Shown: positions 1 through 8,899, counted from the stretch's first letter. The stretch is 32,000 nucleotides of DNA from Sinorhizobium meliloti (GCF_017876815.1 NZ_JAGIOS010000002.1:690001-722000); one strand, 5' to 3'. The notes: a model not told the origin generated them from the letters alone. Numbers and translations are program-made.

Positions 1-35
1 AGAGCCGCGAGCGCGGCCAGAATGATCCTTCTCAT
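1..35 (-). CDS. 5' end (about 11 codons, MRRIILAALAA..) of a secreted/periplasmic protein gene running off the left edge. Possibly the solute-binding protein of an aromatic-acid ABC transporter.
   Basis: ATG at 33-35 (minus strand), preceded by GGGGGGAGGAAAT (reverse complement of 36-48) as a Shine-Dalgarno. Basic then hydrophobic, signal-peptide-like start. Too short for family assignment. Confidence 0.35.
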   Translation of the reverse strand, partial: MRRIILAALAA

Positions 36-159
36 ATTTCCTCCCCCCGCGACGTCCGCTACTCCCGGCCGGCATCGCTTCCTTTTACATCAATCGCGAT
101 CGACAGCGGGCAGTCTGCCATGCCAAACGGTGATGCAAAAATGAAATATGGGCGGAAAT

Positions 160-198
160 CCATAATCCCCCGGTTATTGTTTTGTGCGGGGATTATGG
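160..198 (-). promoter_or_regulatory. 11-bp perfect inverted repeat (CCATAATCCCC / GGGGATTATGG) carrying LysR/PcaQ-type half sites ATAATC-N4-GGTTAT and GATTAT. Either an operator for the leftward gene or a terminator hairpin of the ABC operon.
   Basis: Arms 160-170 and 188-198 are exact reverse complements. Read on the minus strand, 162-177 gives ATAACC-GGGG-GATTAT, close to the pcaD-pcaQ box at 11585-11600. Confidence 0.4.
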
Positions 199-214
199 AG
201 GAAGCGCGCGGGCC

Positions 215-985
215 TTAGTGCAGTCCGAATTCCCGAAGCAGCTCCTGCCTGTAGCGCACGAAGCGTGCGCCGCTGCGATCGCGCGGCCGGGGCAAGTCGA
301 TGTCGATCGCTCTCGGCGCTCCGTCCTTTTGCTTCGGCAGTATCAGGACACGATCCGCCAGATAGATGGCCTCCTCGAGATCGTGCGTGACCAGAACCAT
401 CGTCACGTTCTCCTCCCGCCAGATGCGCTCGAGCTCCTGCTGCATCGTCAGTTTCGTCATCGCATCGAGAGCGCCCAGCGGCTCGTCGAGCAGCAGGATC
501 TCGGGCTTTACCGTCAGCGCTCGCGCAAGCCCGACGCGCTGCGCCATTCCACCCGATAGCTGTTTCGGATAGGCATCCTGGAAATCGGCAAGGCCGACAA
601 GCGAGATGTAGTGACGTGCACGCTGCTCGGCGCGTCCGGAATCCTCACCTCGGACCTTCAGGCCGAAGGCCACATTGCCGAGGACCGTCAGCCATGGAAG
701 CAGCCGCGGCTCCTGGAAGATGACCGCGCGCTCTCTGCCCACACCGGCAACCGGCCGGCCGTCGATCAATACCCGGCCCGCATCGGCCGTCTCGAGACCC
801 GCAAGAACCCGCAGCAATGTCGTCTTGCCCGATCCGCTTGCTCCCACGATGGCAAGGCATTCCCCGGACCGGATGTCCAGATTGAGGTTCCTTAGGACGC
901 TGAGCGGCCGTCCGTTGATCTGGAAGGATTTCGAGAGATCGCGCAGCGCCACCTCCCCTCTGCGCAGGCTTCTGACTTCAGCCAT
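215..985 (-). CDS. ABC transporter ATP-binding protein (nitrate/sulfonate/taurine NitT/SsuB-type)
   Basis: Walker A GASGSGKTT, ABC signature LSGGMAQR, Walker B LLLDEP. ATG at 985 has GAGGTG upstream; an alternative GTG start lies at 994. Confidence 0.93.
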   Translation of the reverse strand: MAEVRSLRRGEVALRDLSKSFQINGRPLSVLRNLNLDIRSGECLAIVGASGSGKTTLLRVLAGLETADAGRVLIDGRPVAGVGRERAVIFQEPRLLPWLTVLGNVAFGLKVRGEDSGRAEQRARHYISLVGLADFQDAYPKQLSGGMAQRVGLARALTVKPEILLLDEPLGALDAMTKLTMQQELERIWREENVTMVLVTHDLEEAIYLADRVLILPKQKDGAPRAIDIDLPRPRDRSGARFVRYRQELLREFGLH

Positions 986-995
986 TTTCACCACC

Positions 996-1988
996 TCAAT
1001 TCGCCGCGGCGGACGTCGCGTCCGGCCGGAACAGAAGATCGGAAGCCTTGTATTTGCCCTGCGGCAGGCTGCCCTCGCGCTCGAGAACGCCGATCCAGAA
1101 ATCCAGATCGCGCTCGGTCGCTTGCGCGCCCTTCCGCAGGCCGAACCCCGTCCAATGCCTGGCGAGATCGCCGTTTTCGCCGCGCTCGGTCAGAATACGG
1201 GCCAGCACGGCCCGCGCTTCTTCCGGATGCTCGCGTGACCAGTCGGCGGCGCGCGCGGACTGTTCTACGAAGTTTCTGGCGGCCACCGGATTCTTCTCCA
1301 CGAAATCCCGCCTGAGAACCGCAAAACCGCCTGCAATTTCGCCGAGCACATCCGTGTCGTCGAAGACCGCGCGCACCCCGCCGTGATCGACGATCTGGCC
1401 GTTGAAGGTCGCCTGCCAGTATCCCACGGCGGCGATGTCGACCTGGTTCGACCGGAGCGTCTGTTCGAGCTGCGGCCCGGGTACGACGACGAGGTTCGCT
1501 GCGTTTTCGGGCAAGCCCTTGCCGTGCAGCGCCTCGCGTACCGCATAGTCGAGATGCGCCCCGAGCGTATTCACCGCGATCGTCTTACCTGCGATATCCT
1601 CGATGGTCCTGATCGGGCTGTCGTCGAGCACGTAGAAGATGCTCTTGACCTGCTCGTTGATTCCGTTGGTCGGAAAGGCCGCGACGAAATCGTTTCCGCC
1701 GGCGATCGAGTTGATGACGGCTGCGGTCGCCGCCGAGCCGATGTCGACGCTGCCGGAGGCAAGCGCAAACAGCGATGCGGGCCCGCCTCCCGCATAACCG
1801 ACATTCTCGAGCTTGATGCCGAGGTCGTCGAAATAGCCGAGCTCATAGGCGAGTTCGTGCGGCGATAGGCTGCCCTGGCTCGCAAGGAACCGGAGCGTCA
1901 CCGGTTCCGGAGCTTCTGCTGCCGCAAGGCTGGAAAGACCGATCGAGAACAGGCTGCCGAATGCGAGGGCGCGAATGGAAATCGTCAT
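996..1988 (-). CDS. ABC transporter periplasmic substrate-binding protein (NMT1/THI5, SsuA-like)
   Basis: 330-aa ORF with an N-terminal signal peptide (..SSLAAAEAPEP). Sits between the permease and ATPase genes. Family-typical sequence. Confidence 0.88.
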   Translation of the reverse strand: MTISIRALAFGSLFSIGLSSLAAAEAPEPVTLRFLASQGSLSPHELAYELGYFDDLGIKLENVGYAGGGPASLFALASGSVDIGSAATAAVINSIAGGNDFVAAFPTNGINEQVKSIFYVLDDSPIRTIEDIAGKTIAVNTLGAHLDYAVREALHGKGLPENAANLVVVPGPQLEQTLRSNQVDIAAVGYWQATFNGQIVDHGGVRAVFDDTDVLGEIAGGFAVLRRDFVEKNPVAARNFVEQSARAADWSREHPEEARAVLARILTERGENGDLARHWTGFGLRKGAQATERDLDFWIGVLEREGSLPQGKYKASDLLFRPDATSAAAN

Positions 1989-2084
1989 GTGTCACCTTTT
2001 CCGTGATCTGGAAGTTTCGAATGTCGAGGCCGTTTTGCCGCAACTCCGGATGGAAAGCCGCTGCACACTTTTCCTGGAATTGCT

Positions 2085-2930
2085 CTAGGTCGAGGCGTCG
2101 CTCCAGCGGCAGAGGCGGCGCTGCGCAAAGACCAGCGCGTAGTTGGAGACGAGCCCGAGCCCGGCCAGAATGAAGATCGCCGCGAACATCAGGGGAATCT
2201 GGAAATTGTACTGGGCGTTCATGACCTGGAAGCCGATGCCCTTGTTGGCCCCGATCATCTCGGATGCGATGAGCAGCAGCAGGGCAGTCGTTGCACTCAA
2301 GCGCAGGCCGACGAAAATCGAAGGAACGGCGCCCGGGAGAACCACGCGACGGAACACAGTGAAACGCGACGCGCCATAGACCCGCGCCATCTCGATCAGC
2401 TTCGAATCCACTTCCTTGACCCCGCTGATGGTGCTCAGGAGCAGCGGAAAGAGCGTCGCCCAGAAGATGACGAAGACTTTCGAGGCCTCGCCGAGTCCGA
2501 GAAGCAGGATGAAAACCGGATAGAGAGCGAGCGCGGACGTCTGGCGGAAAAGCTGGAGGACGGGATCGAGTGCGTTCTCGATCGCACGCACCTGCCCCAT
2601 CAAGAGGCCGAGCGGTATAGCCAGAACTACCGCGCCTACGAAGGCGGTGCCGGAGCGCTGAAGACTGATCGCGATATCGTCGAGCAATGCTCCACCGGAA
2701 ATTCCCGTCCACAGGGCGGAAAGGATGGCACCGACGGACGGAAACACGGCCGGGTTGATCCAGCCGGCGGTGCTGGCCGCCTGCCAGAGCGCAAGAAAGG
2801 CGATCAGCAGTCCGTAGCGCGACAGCCAGCTGCCGGCGGCGGCGCCTGACCGGCGGAGATACTCGTCCGTTTTTGCGCTGACGCTGCCGCCTTCGTGGAT
2901 GATCGACCTGTCGAGTTCCTGCAAGCTCAT
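2085..2930 (-). CDS. ABC transporter permease (SsuC/TauC-like, BPD_transp_1)
   Basis: Multi-pass hydrophobic 281-aa protein. GAGGGAG Shine-Dalgarno upstream of ATG 2930. Operon context. Confidence 0.9.
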   Translation of the reverse strand: MSLQELDRSIIHEGGSVSAKTDEYLRRSGAAAGSWLSRYGLLIAFLALWQAASTAGWINPAVFPSVGAILSALWTGISGGALLDDIAISLQRSGTAFVGAVVLAIPLGLLMGQVRAIENALDPVLQLFRQTSALALYPVFILLLGLGEASKVFVIFWATLFPLLLSTISGVKEVDSKLIEMARVYGASRFTVFRRVVLPGAVPSIFVGLRLSATTALLLLIASEMIGANKGIGFQVMNAQYNFQIPLMFAAIFILAGLGLVSNYALVFAQRRLCRWSDAST

Positions 2931-2945
2931 TTTCGTGTCTCCCTC

Positions 2946-4295
2946 TTACTCGGCCGCCTGAACGGTGGCGCGCGCCAAAGTCCACGGGTTCGCCGGTCGG
3001 GGAAGACCGAGATTTTCCCGCAGCGTCCGCCCCTCATAGGCGGTGCGGAACAGGCCGCGTCTCTGCAGTATTGGGATGACCAGATCGACGAAATCGTCGA
3101 GCGCGCCCGGAAGCCATGGCGGCAGGATGTTGAACCCGTCGGCGGCTTCGCTGAGGAACCACTCCTCGAGCTGATCGGCGACCTGCTCGGCGCTGCCGAC
3201 GACGGTGTAGTGACCGCGTGCGGTCGCGATCCACTGATAGAGCTGGCGGATGGTGAAGCCATGCTCATCCGCGATCTTCCGGATCAGCGCCTGCCGGCTT
3301 TTCATCCCCTCTGTCTCATTGCTGACGGGTAAGGGCCCATCGAGCGGATATCCCGTCAGGTCGAGCGTGCCGCCGGTCAGGCCATTCAACAGCGCCACGC
3401 CGTCCTCCGGCACGATCAGCGCATTCAGCTCTTCATATTTGGAGCGCGCCTCCTCTTCGGTCCGGCCGACAAAGGGGGCCACTCCCGGCATGATCAGAAC
3501 ATGTTCGGGGTTGCGCCCGGCGCGCTTCACCCGTGCCTTGATGTCACGGTAGAATTCCTGCGCCGAAGCGAGGTTCTGATGGGCGGTGAAGATCACCTCG
3601 GCGCTGACCGCCGCAAGCCTGCGTCCGTCCTCGGATTGCCCCGCCTGCACCACGACCGGGTGCCCCTGTACGGGACGCGGCGCGTTCAGCGGTCCTTTGA
3701 CGCTGAAATGCTTGCCCTTGTGGTCGATGTCGTGAACCCGGCCGGCGTCGAAGAAGCGGCCGGTCGCCTTGTCACGGATGAAGGCGTCATCTTCCCAGCT
3801 GTCCCATAGAGCCTTGACGGTCTCGACGTGCTCGTGCGCGCGCTCGTATCGGTCGGCGTGGCTCGGCTGCGTTTCTCTGTTGAAGTTGCGTGCCGTCTCG
3901 TCGCCGGCGGAGGTGACCACGTTCCAGCCTGCCCGCCCGTTGGAAAGAAGGTCGAGCGAGGCGAACTTGCGGGCGAGCGTGTAGGGCTCCTCATAGGTCG
4001 TCGACGCCGTGGCGATGAAGCCCAGATGGGTCGTCAGCGGCGCGAGTGCTGCAAAGAGGGTGACAGGCTCGAAACCGGCGATCTTCGCATTGCCGCCTTC
4101 GCGGCCGCCAAGCCCGACGGAGAGGTTGTCGGCGAGAAAATAGGCGTCGAACAGGCCGCGCTCCGCGGTCTCGGCGAGCCTTCTGTGGAATTCGAAATTC
4201 GTGGCACCGTCTGCCGGAGCGTCCGGATGCCTCCAGGCGGCAATATGCTGGCCCCCGCCGGGGAGAAAGGCTCCAAGCTTGATCTGTCTGGTCAT
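2946..4295 (-). CDS. LLM-class FMNH2-dependent monooxygenase, NtaA/SnaA/DszA family
   Basis: MTRQIKLGAFLPGGGQHIAAWRHP.. start is typical of the family. GGAGG Shine-Dalgarno (reverse complement of 4301-4306) favours ATG 4295 over the track start 4334. Confidence 0.92.
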   Translation of the reverse strand: MTRQIKLGAFLPGGGQHIAAWRHPDAPADGATNFEFHRRLAETAERGLFDAYFLADNLSVGLGGREGGNAKIAGFEPVTLFAALAPLTTHLGFIATASTTYEEPYTLARKFASLDLLSNGRAGWNVVTSAGDETARNFNRETQPSHADRYERAHEHVETVKALWDSWEDDAFIRDKATGRFFDAGRVHDIDHKGKHFSVKGPLNAPRPVQGHPVVVQAGQSEDGRRLAAVSAEVIFTAHQNLASAQEFYRDIKARVKRAGRNPEHVLIMPGVAPFVGRTEEEARSKYEELNALIVPEDGVALLNGLTGGTLDLTGYPLDGPLPVSNETEGMKSRQALIRKIADEHGFTIRQLYQWIATARGHYTVVGSAEQVADQLEEWFLSEAADGFNILPPWLPGALDDFVDLVIPILQRRGLFRTAYEGRTLRENLGLPRPANPWTLARATVQAAE

Positions 4296-4382
4296 TGCTG
4301 CCTCCGTTGGATTTGCTTCACCGGCCGGCGTCACTACGCTTCGATTCCCGACGCAAACCGGTTGGTGTGATTGAATTTGCGG

Positions 4383-4940
4383 CTAGGCCGCCAAGCTTGC
4401 CCTGGCGGCGCGCGCGAGCGCCTGCGTTGCCTCACCGACCGCCCTTCCGACGCGGGCATGGATCGCCTCCGAGGCGAGAGCGCCGTCGGCAAAGTCCTTG
4501 TCGGAGGCGTAGATCGCAGTCGGCATCGCCAATGCCTCGAAGAAGCCGAACAGTGGCCGCAACTGATGCTCCACCATCAGCGAGTGGCGTTCCCCGCCCC
4601 CGGTCGCGGCGAGGATGACGGGCTTGCCGCGGAGCGAGGAGGGATCGAGCAGGTCGAAGACGTGCTTGAAGAGGCCGGTATAGCTTCCCTTGAAGGTCGG
4701 CGACGCGACCACCAGGATGTCGGCTGCAAGGATCTGGCCGACGACATAACGCGCCTCCGGCGCGAGTTCGTCGAGCCTTCTCGCAGGGAGCAGGGACGCC
4801 CCGAAATCCTCGATATCGAAGGTCTGCGCCGACGCGCCGGCATCGACCGCCAGGCGGTGGACGATATGGTCCACGAATGCGCGTGTCCTGGACGGACGCG
4901 TGATATTGCCTGAAATACCCACCACTCGTGTCTGCGGCAT
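4383..4940 (-). CDS. NAD(P)H-dependent FMN reductase (SsuE/MsuE-like), partner of the monooxygenase
   Basis: MPQTRVVGISGNITRPSRT.. flavodoxin-like reductase N-terminus. GGGGAG Shine-Dalgarno before ATG 4940; the track start 4985 adds 15 non-conserved residues. Confidence 0.88.
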   Translation of the reverse strand: MPQTRVVGISGNITRPSRTRAFVDHIVHRLAVDAGASAQTFDIEDFGASLLPARRLDELAPEARYVVGQILAADILVVASPTFKGSYTGLFKHVFDLLDPSSLRGKPVILAATGGGERHSLMVEHQLRPLFGFFEALAMPTAIYASDKDFADGALASEAIHARVGRAVGEATQALARAARASLAA

Positions 4941-5120
4941 CGCTTTAGCTCCCCGTGAGATCCATGCTTCTCTATTATTCATCAAAATCTATAATCTTAG
5001 TAGACTAAAGGAACGCCATTCTATTCCAGGTACGCGAACAAGAAGACTTTGCTTTGGGGGCGTCCCTCGGGGAACAAAGCACCGGCCGCGGTGTTACCGC
5101 CAGACAAGTGCAAGACCGCC

Positions 5121-7748
5121 ATGCATCTGCCCGACGCAACCTACCGTCTCCAGTTCCGCAACGGGATGGACTTCGCAAAAGCCGTGGAGTTGATCCCGCA
5201 CTTCGTCGGGCTCGGCATCTCCCACCTCTACGCCTCGCCCCTTTTCACCGCGGTCCGCGGGTCGACCCATGGCTACGACATCGTCGATTACAACGAGATC
5301 GACCCGGCCCTGGGCGGCTACGATGGATTTGTGCGGCTCGCTCATGCGCTGAAAGCCGAAGGACTCGGTCTCGTTCTGGACATCGTCCCGAACCACATGG
5401 CCGCGCATCTCGAGAATGACTGGTGGCACAGCGTGATCGAATGGGGCCGCCTTAGCGAATTTGCCGATTGTTTCGACATCGACTGGCGGGAGCCGCTCAC
5501 GCTCCCCTTCCTCGGAAAGTCGTTTGAGGAAGAGGTCGCAGCCGGCAATCTGCGCCTTGCATACGACCACGAGCACCGCTGCCTAGCGCTTCGATATTAC
5601 GAGGCTCTCTATCCGCTCAATCCCACCAGCTATGCGGCGATCCCGGGCAACGGTAATGCCGCGCTCGAAAGGATCGCGGCTGTCGCCGGCACGGCCGAAC
5701 GGAAAACCGCCGCACAGTTCCACGCGGAAATCGCCTCTGTCGTCGCGACGCCGTCGATCGCGGCCGAGCTCGACCAATGTCTCGCGCGGTTTTCCGCAGA
5801 CACACTGCAGTTCGACCGGCTGCATCGAATGCAATCCTGGCGGCTGATGAGCTGGCAGACGGCCCGGGACAAGCTCAGCTACCGACGGTTTTTCGAGGTC
5901 GCCGGCCTCATCGGCATGCGCGTCGAAGATGAAGCGGTCTTCACGGAGACCCACCGACTTGCGCTCGCCCTCGTCCGGGAAGGCCTGATCGATGGGCTCA
6001 GGATCGACCACATCGACGGCCTGGCCGATCCGAAGGGCTATCTCGATCGGCTCCGCCGGGAGGCCGGCGACGGCACCTATATTATTGTCGAGAAAATACT
6101 CGGCGAGAACGAAACGCTGCCGGAGGACTGGGCAGTCGCGGGGGCAACCGGCTACGAGTTCATATCGGCCCTCGCGGATCTTCTTTCCGACGACACTACG
6201 TCTTCGTGGCTTTCAAGCGAGGAAAGGCGATCCGCGGCCGAAGAGGCGGTCACGGGATGCAAACTTCAGGTCCTGAGCCGCAATTTCAATACGGAAGTCC
6301 GACGGCTGACCGGACTGGCCGCTCGCTTCACAGGCGACGGGGCTCCGGATCAGAACGTGCGGACCGGTGAGGCCATTCGCCAGCTGGTGGCGGCACTGCC
6401 CGTCTATCGGACCTATGTCGGCGACCAGGGGGCCGGAGCGCGCGACAGCCGCATCCTCGACGGGATAGCAGCGAAGGCGGCGGCGCGCGCGCCCGCCGCC
6501 GGCGCCGAAATCGCAGCGATCGTTTCCGCACTCAGGGCGCCGGTCGACTCGGCGGACGGCAAGCTGCGGTCCGAATTCCGCACGCGGTTTCAGCAGTTGA
6601 GCGGCGCGGTCATGGCCAAGGCGGTCGAGGACACCTTCTTCTATCGGAGAGGCGATTATCTCGCGGCGAACGAGGTGGGTTCCTCCCCCTTCTGGATGCC
6701 CGGCGGCGTCGGCCGCTTTCATGCGATGATGCAGGATCGCGCAAGCGAGATGCCGCACGGCCTGTCGGCTACGTCCACGCACGACACCAAGCGGGGGGAG
6801 GATGCGCGCGCCCGGCTCCACGTCGTCAGCGAGGCACTGGACGTCTGGGCAGCAGCGGTGGACCGCTGGCACGGGATGAATGCGGAAAGCATGGGCCGAC
6901 TCCCGGCCGGCGAGAAACCGGACGCTCCGGTCGAGCAATTCCTCTATCAGAGCCTGCTCGGCGTCTGGCCGATCGCGCCCCTTGGTGACGAAGACGACCT
7001 GATTTCCCTGCACGAGCGGATGGTCGATTTCGCCGTGAAGGCGCTGCGGGAGGCAAAGCTCAGGACGAGCTGGGACGATCCGAACGAGCGCTATGAAGCA
7101 GCGATCAAGGCCTTTCTCGGCGATCTCCTGGATTGGCATAACCGGTCTTTCCTCGGCGATTTCGAGAAAACGGCCGGACCGTTCATCCATGCCGGCCTGA
7201 TCAACAGCCTCTCGCAAACGCTGGTGAAGCTCACCGCGCCCGGCATTCCCGATATCTATCAGGGCAGCGAACGCATCGACCTTTCCCTCGTCGATCCCGA
7301 CAACCGCCGCGGCTTTTCACCGCGCCGCTCGCTTTCCCAGCTACCGCAAGCGCCGACGATCGGCGATTTCGAGGACTGCAAGCAGAGGCTGATCTCGATA
7401 GGCCTGAACTATCGCCAGGGGCGCGGCGCGGATTGTCTTGCGAGAGGCGAATATCGCGTAGTGCGCGTCGAAGGTCCGGGCGCCCGCCACGCAGCCGCTT
7501 TCATGCGTCGCAGCAGGGATGGCTTTGCGCTAACGGTCGTCCCGCGGCTTGTCTTCGGCCAAACGGCAGACGGTCGCCTGTCCATCCGTCCGGAACTGTG
7601 GCGAAACACCTTCCTCGCCTGGCCCGAGGGCTGCCAATTCAAGCCCATGTGCAATCTCCTGACCGGCGGCGTCGCCGAGCCTCGGCCTCTTCTTGCCGTG
7701 GCGGACATTCTACGGGACTTCCCCGTCGCCTTGCTGGTCGAGGCGTGA
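5121..7748 (+). CDS. treY: Malto-oligosyltrehalose synthase
   Basis: ATYRLQFRNGMDF..GISHLYASPLF..GSTHGYD..DIVPNHMA are GH13 TreY hallmarks. ATG 5121 begins the conserved region. Confidence 0.93.
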   Translation: MHLPDATYRLQFRNGMDFAKAVELIPHFVGLGISHLYASPLFTAVRGSTHGYDIVDYNEIDPALGGYDGFVRLAHALKAEGLGLVLDIVPNHMAAHLENDWWHSVIEWGRLSEFADCFDIDWREPLTLPFLGKSFEEEVAAGNLRLAYDHEHRCLALRYYEALYPLNPTSYAAIPGNGNAALERIAAVAGTAERKTAAQFHAEIASVVATPSIAAELDQCLARFSADTLQFDRLHRMQSWRLMSWQTARDKLSYRRFFEVAGLIGMRVEDEAVFTETHRLALALVREGLIDGLRIDHIDGLADPKGYLDRLRREAGDGTYIIVEKILGENETLPEDWAVAGATGYEFISALADLLSDDTTSSWLSSEERRSAAEEAVTGCKLQVLSRNFNTEVRRLTGLAARFTGDGAPDQNVRTGEAIRQLVAALPVYRTYVGDQGAGARDSRILDGIAAKAAARAPAAGAEIAAIVSALRAPVDSADGKLRSEFRTRFQQLSGAVMAKAVEDTFFYRRGDYLAANEVGSSPFWMPGGVGRFHAMMQDRASEMPHGLSATSTHDTKRGEDARARLHVVSEALDVWAAAVDRWHGMNAESMGRLPAGEKPDAPVEQFLYQSLLGVWPIAPLGDEDDLISLHERMVDFAVKALREAKLRTSWDDPNERYEAAIKAFLGDLLDWHNRSFLGDFEKTAGPFIHAGLINSLSQTLVKLTAPGIPDIYQGSERIDLSLVDPDNRRGFSPRRSLSQLPQAPTIGDFEDCKQRLISIGLNYRQGRGADCLARGEYRVVRVEGPGARHAAAFMRRSRDGFALTVVPRLVFGQTADGRLSIRPELWRNTFLAWPEGCQFKPMCNLLTGGVAEPRPLLAVADILRDFPVALLVEA

Positions 7749-7761
7749 GCACGGATCAACC

Positions 7762-8817
7762 TCACACCCGCCCTAGCCGCCGGACGTTGCCGGCGAGCTC
7801 GGCGGCGAGCCTCAATGCGGCCGCCGTCGCGCCGACCATCTGCGGCAGGATCAGCCATTCGAGCGTCCAGGCGGAGCCCGAGCGCTCCTGCTCGTGCACC
7901 AGCGACTGGTGGATGGCGGAAACCTGCGTCGCGTTGAAGCGGGCGAGTGTCACCAGCACCTCCGCGGCGACCGGATTCTGCTTGTGCGGCATGGCCGAGG
8001 AGCCTCCGCCGCCGGCAAGCACGATCTCGTCTCCCGCCTGCGCCATCAGCGCCACGTCCTGACCGAACTTGCCGAGGCTGCCGGTGACGAGCGACAGGAG
8101 GTGGGCGAAATCGGCGATCGGCAGGCGCTGGCTGTGCCATTGCGGGCAGTCGACCAGCGCGAGTTCCTCCGCCAGCGTCGCGCGGACGATGTCGGCCTTG
8201 CCCTTGAGCTTTTCGAGCGTGCCGGCGGCTCCTCCGAACTGCACCGCGAAAATGTCCGTGCCCGTGGCATCCAGCCTGTCCTGATGGTCGAGCAGCGGCT
8301 CGATCCAGCTCCGCAGTCGGTCGGCGACCGTAATCGGGATCGCCGGCTGCATCCGCGTATGGGCGGTCAGCGCACGCTCGCCCCAGTGCCGCCCGCAAGC
8401 TTCGAGCGCCGTCACGACGTCGCCGACCCGGCCGGAGAAAAGTTCCGCGATCGCCTTCAGCCTCAGCATGAGGCTGGTATCGACCACGTCCTGGCTGGTG
8501 GCTCCGAAATGGACATGTTCCGCCGCCTCTTCGCCGACCGCCCGGCGCAATTGCCGCACGAGCTCGGGAACGACGACACCGTCGATGGCAGTTGCCCGGC
8601 GCATGGCGCCGACGTCCGGAGAGAAGCCACGGCATGCCTCGGCAATGCGATTGGCGGCCGCTTCGGGGATGACGCCGTGGCGCGCCTCGGCACGCGCAAG
8701 CGCCGCCTCGAAGGCCAGCATGGCGCGAACATCGGCGACGACGGAGAATTCCGCCGCCACCGCCTCGTCTCCGAGAAGGCCGGAAAGATAGGGGTGATCG
8801 AAGGCCGAATAGGTCAT
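7762..8817 (-). CDS. pcaB: 3-carboxy-cis,cis-muconate cycloisomerase (short, Agrobacterium-type)
   Basis: Fumarase/aspartase superfamily signature GSSAMPHKQNP. Last gene of the pcaDCHGB cluster. Confidence 0.92.
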   Translation of the reverse strand: MTYSAFDHPYLSGLLGDEAVAAEFSVVADVRAMLAFEAALARAEARHGVIPEAAANRIAEACRGFSPDVGAMRRATAIDGVVVPELVRQLRRAVGEEAAEHVHFGATSQDVVDTSLMLRLKAIAELFSGRVGDVVTALEACGRHWGERALTAHTRMQPAIPITVADRLRSWIEPLLDHQDRLDATGTDIFAVQFGGAAGTLEKLKGKADIVRATLAEELALVDCPQWHSQRLPIADFAHLLSLVTGSLGKFGQDVALMAQAGDEIVLAGGGGSSAMPHKQNPVAAEVLVTLARFNATQVSAIHQSLVHEQERSGSAWTLEWLILPQMVGATAAALRLAAELAGNVRRLGRV

Positions 8818-8835
8818 GCCGCATCTCCAGCTCTC

Positions 8836-8858
8836 GCTCCCTTCGGTTCGAAGGGAGC
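8836..8858. repeat. Perfect palindromic hairpin GCTCCCTTCG-GTT-CGAAGGGAGC in the pcaG-pcaB spacer
   Basis: The 10-nt arms are exact reverse complements when read directly. Confidence 0.6.
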
Positions 8859-8899
8859 CTCACACGCATGCGGCAACGCGGGGGCGGGCTGCCGAACGA

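Noticed and set aside
90-100. 11-mer TCAATCGCGAT shared between the upstream region of the left-edge gene (90-100) and the pobA upstream region (16971-16981)
   Set aside because: A single 11-mer coincidence is within chance expectation for the amount of intergenic sequence compared. Distances to the two start codons differ and the flanks do not align.
5049-5120. N-terminal extensions of several track ORFs (treY 5049, monooxygenase 4334, FMN reductase 4985, pcaG 9604, pcaH 10556, pcaC frame to 11238, pcaR 20577, acyP 24096, ggt 17804, DUF4142 25116, Mo enzyme 16844)
   Set aside because: For most of these, an internal ATG or GTG preceded by a good Shine-Dalgarno begins exactly where family-conserved sequence starts, and the upstream residues are non-conserved or Arg-rich. 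For the Mo enzyme I picked only the first ATG before the conserved region and saw no Shine-Dalgarno, so that start remains uncertain. The shorter coordinates were used throughout.
7409-8869. 486-aa minus-strand ORF overlapping the treY end and pcaB
   Set aside because: Extremely Arg/Gly/Ala/Pro-rich translation with no motifs. It lies in a different frame over the clearly homologous pcaB (7762-8817). Typical GC-driven shadow ORF.
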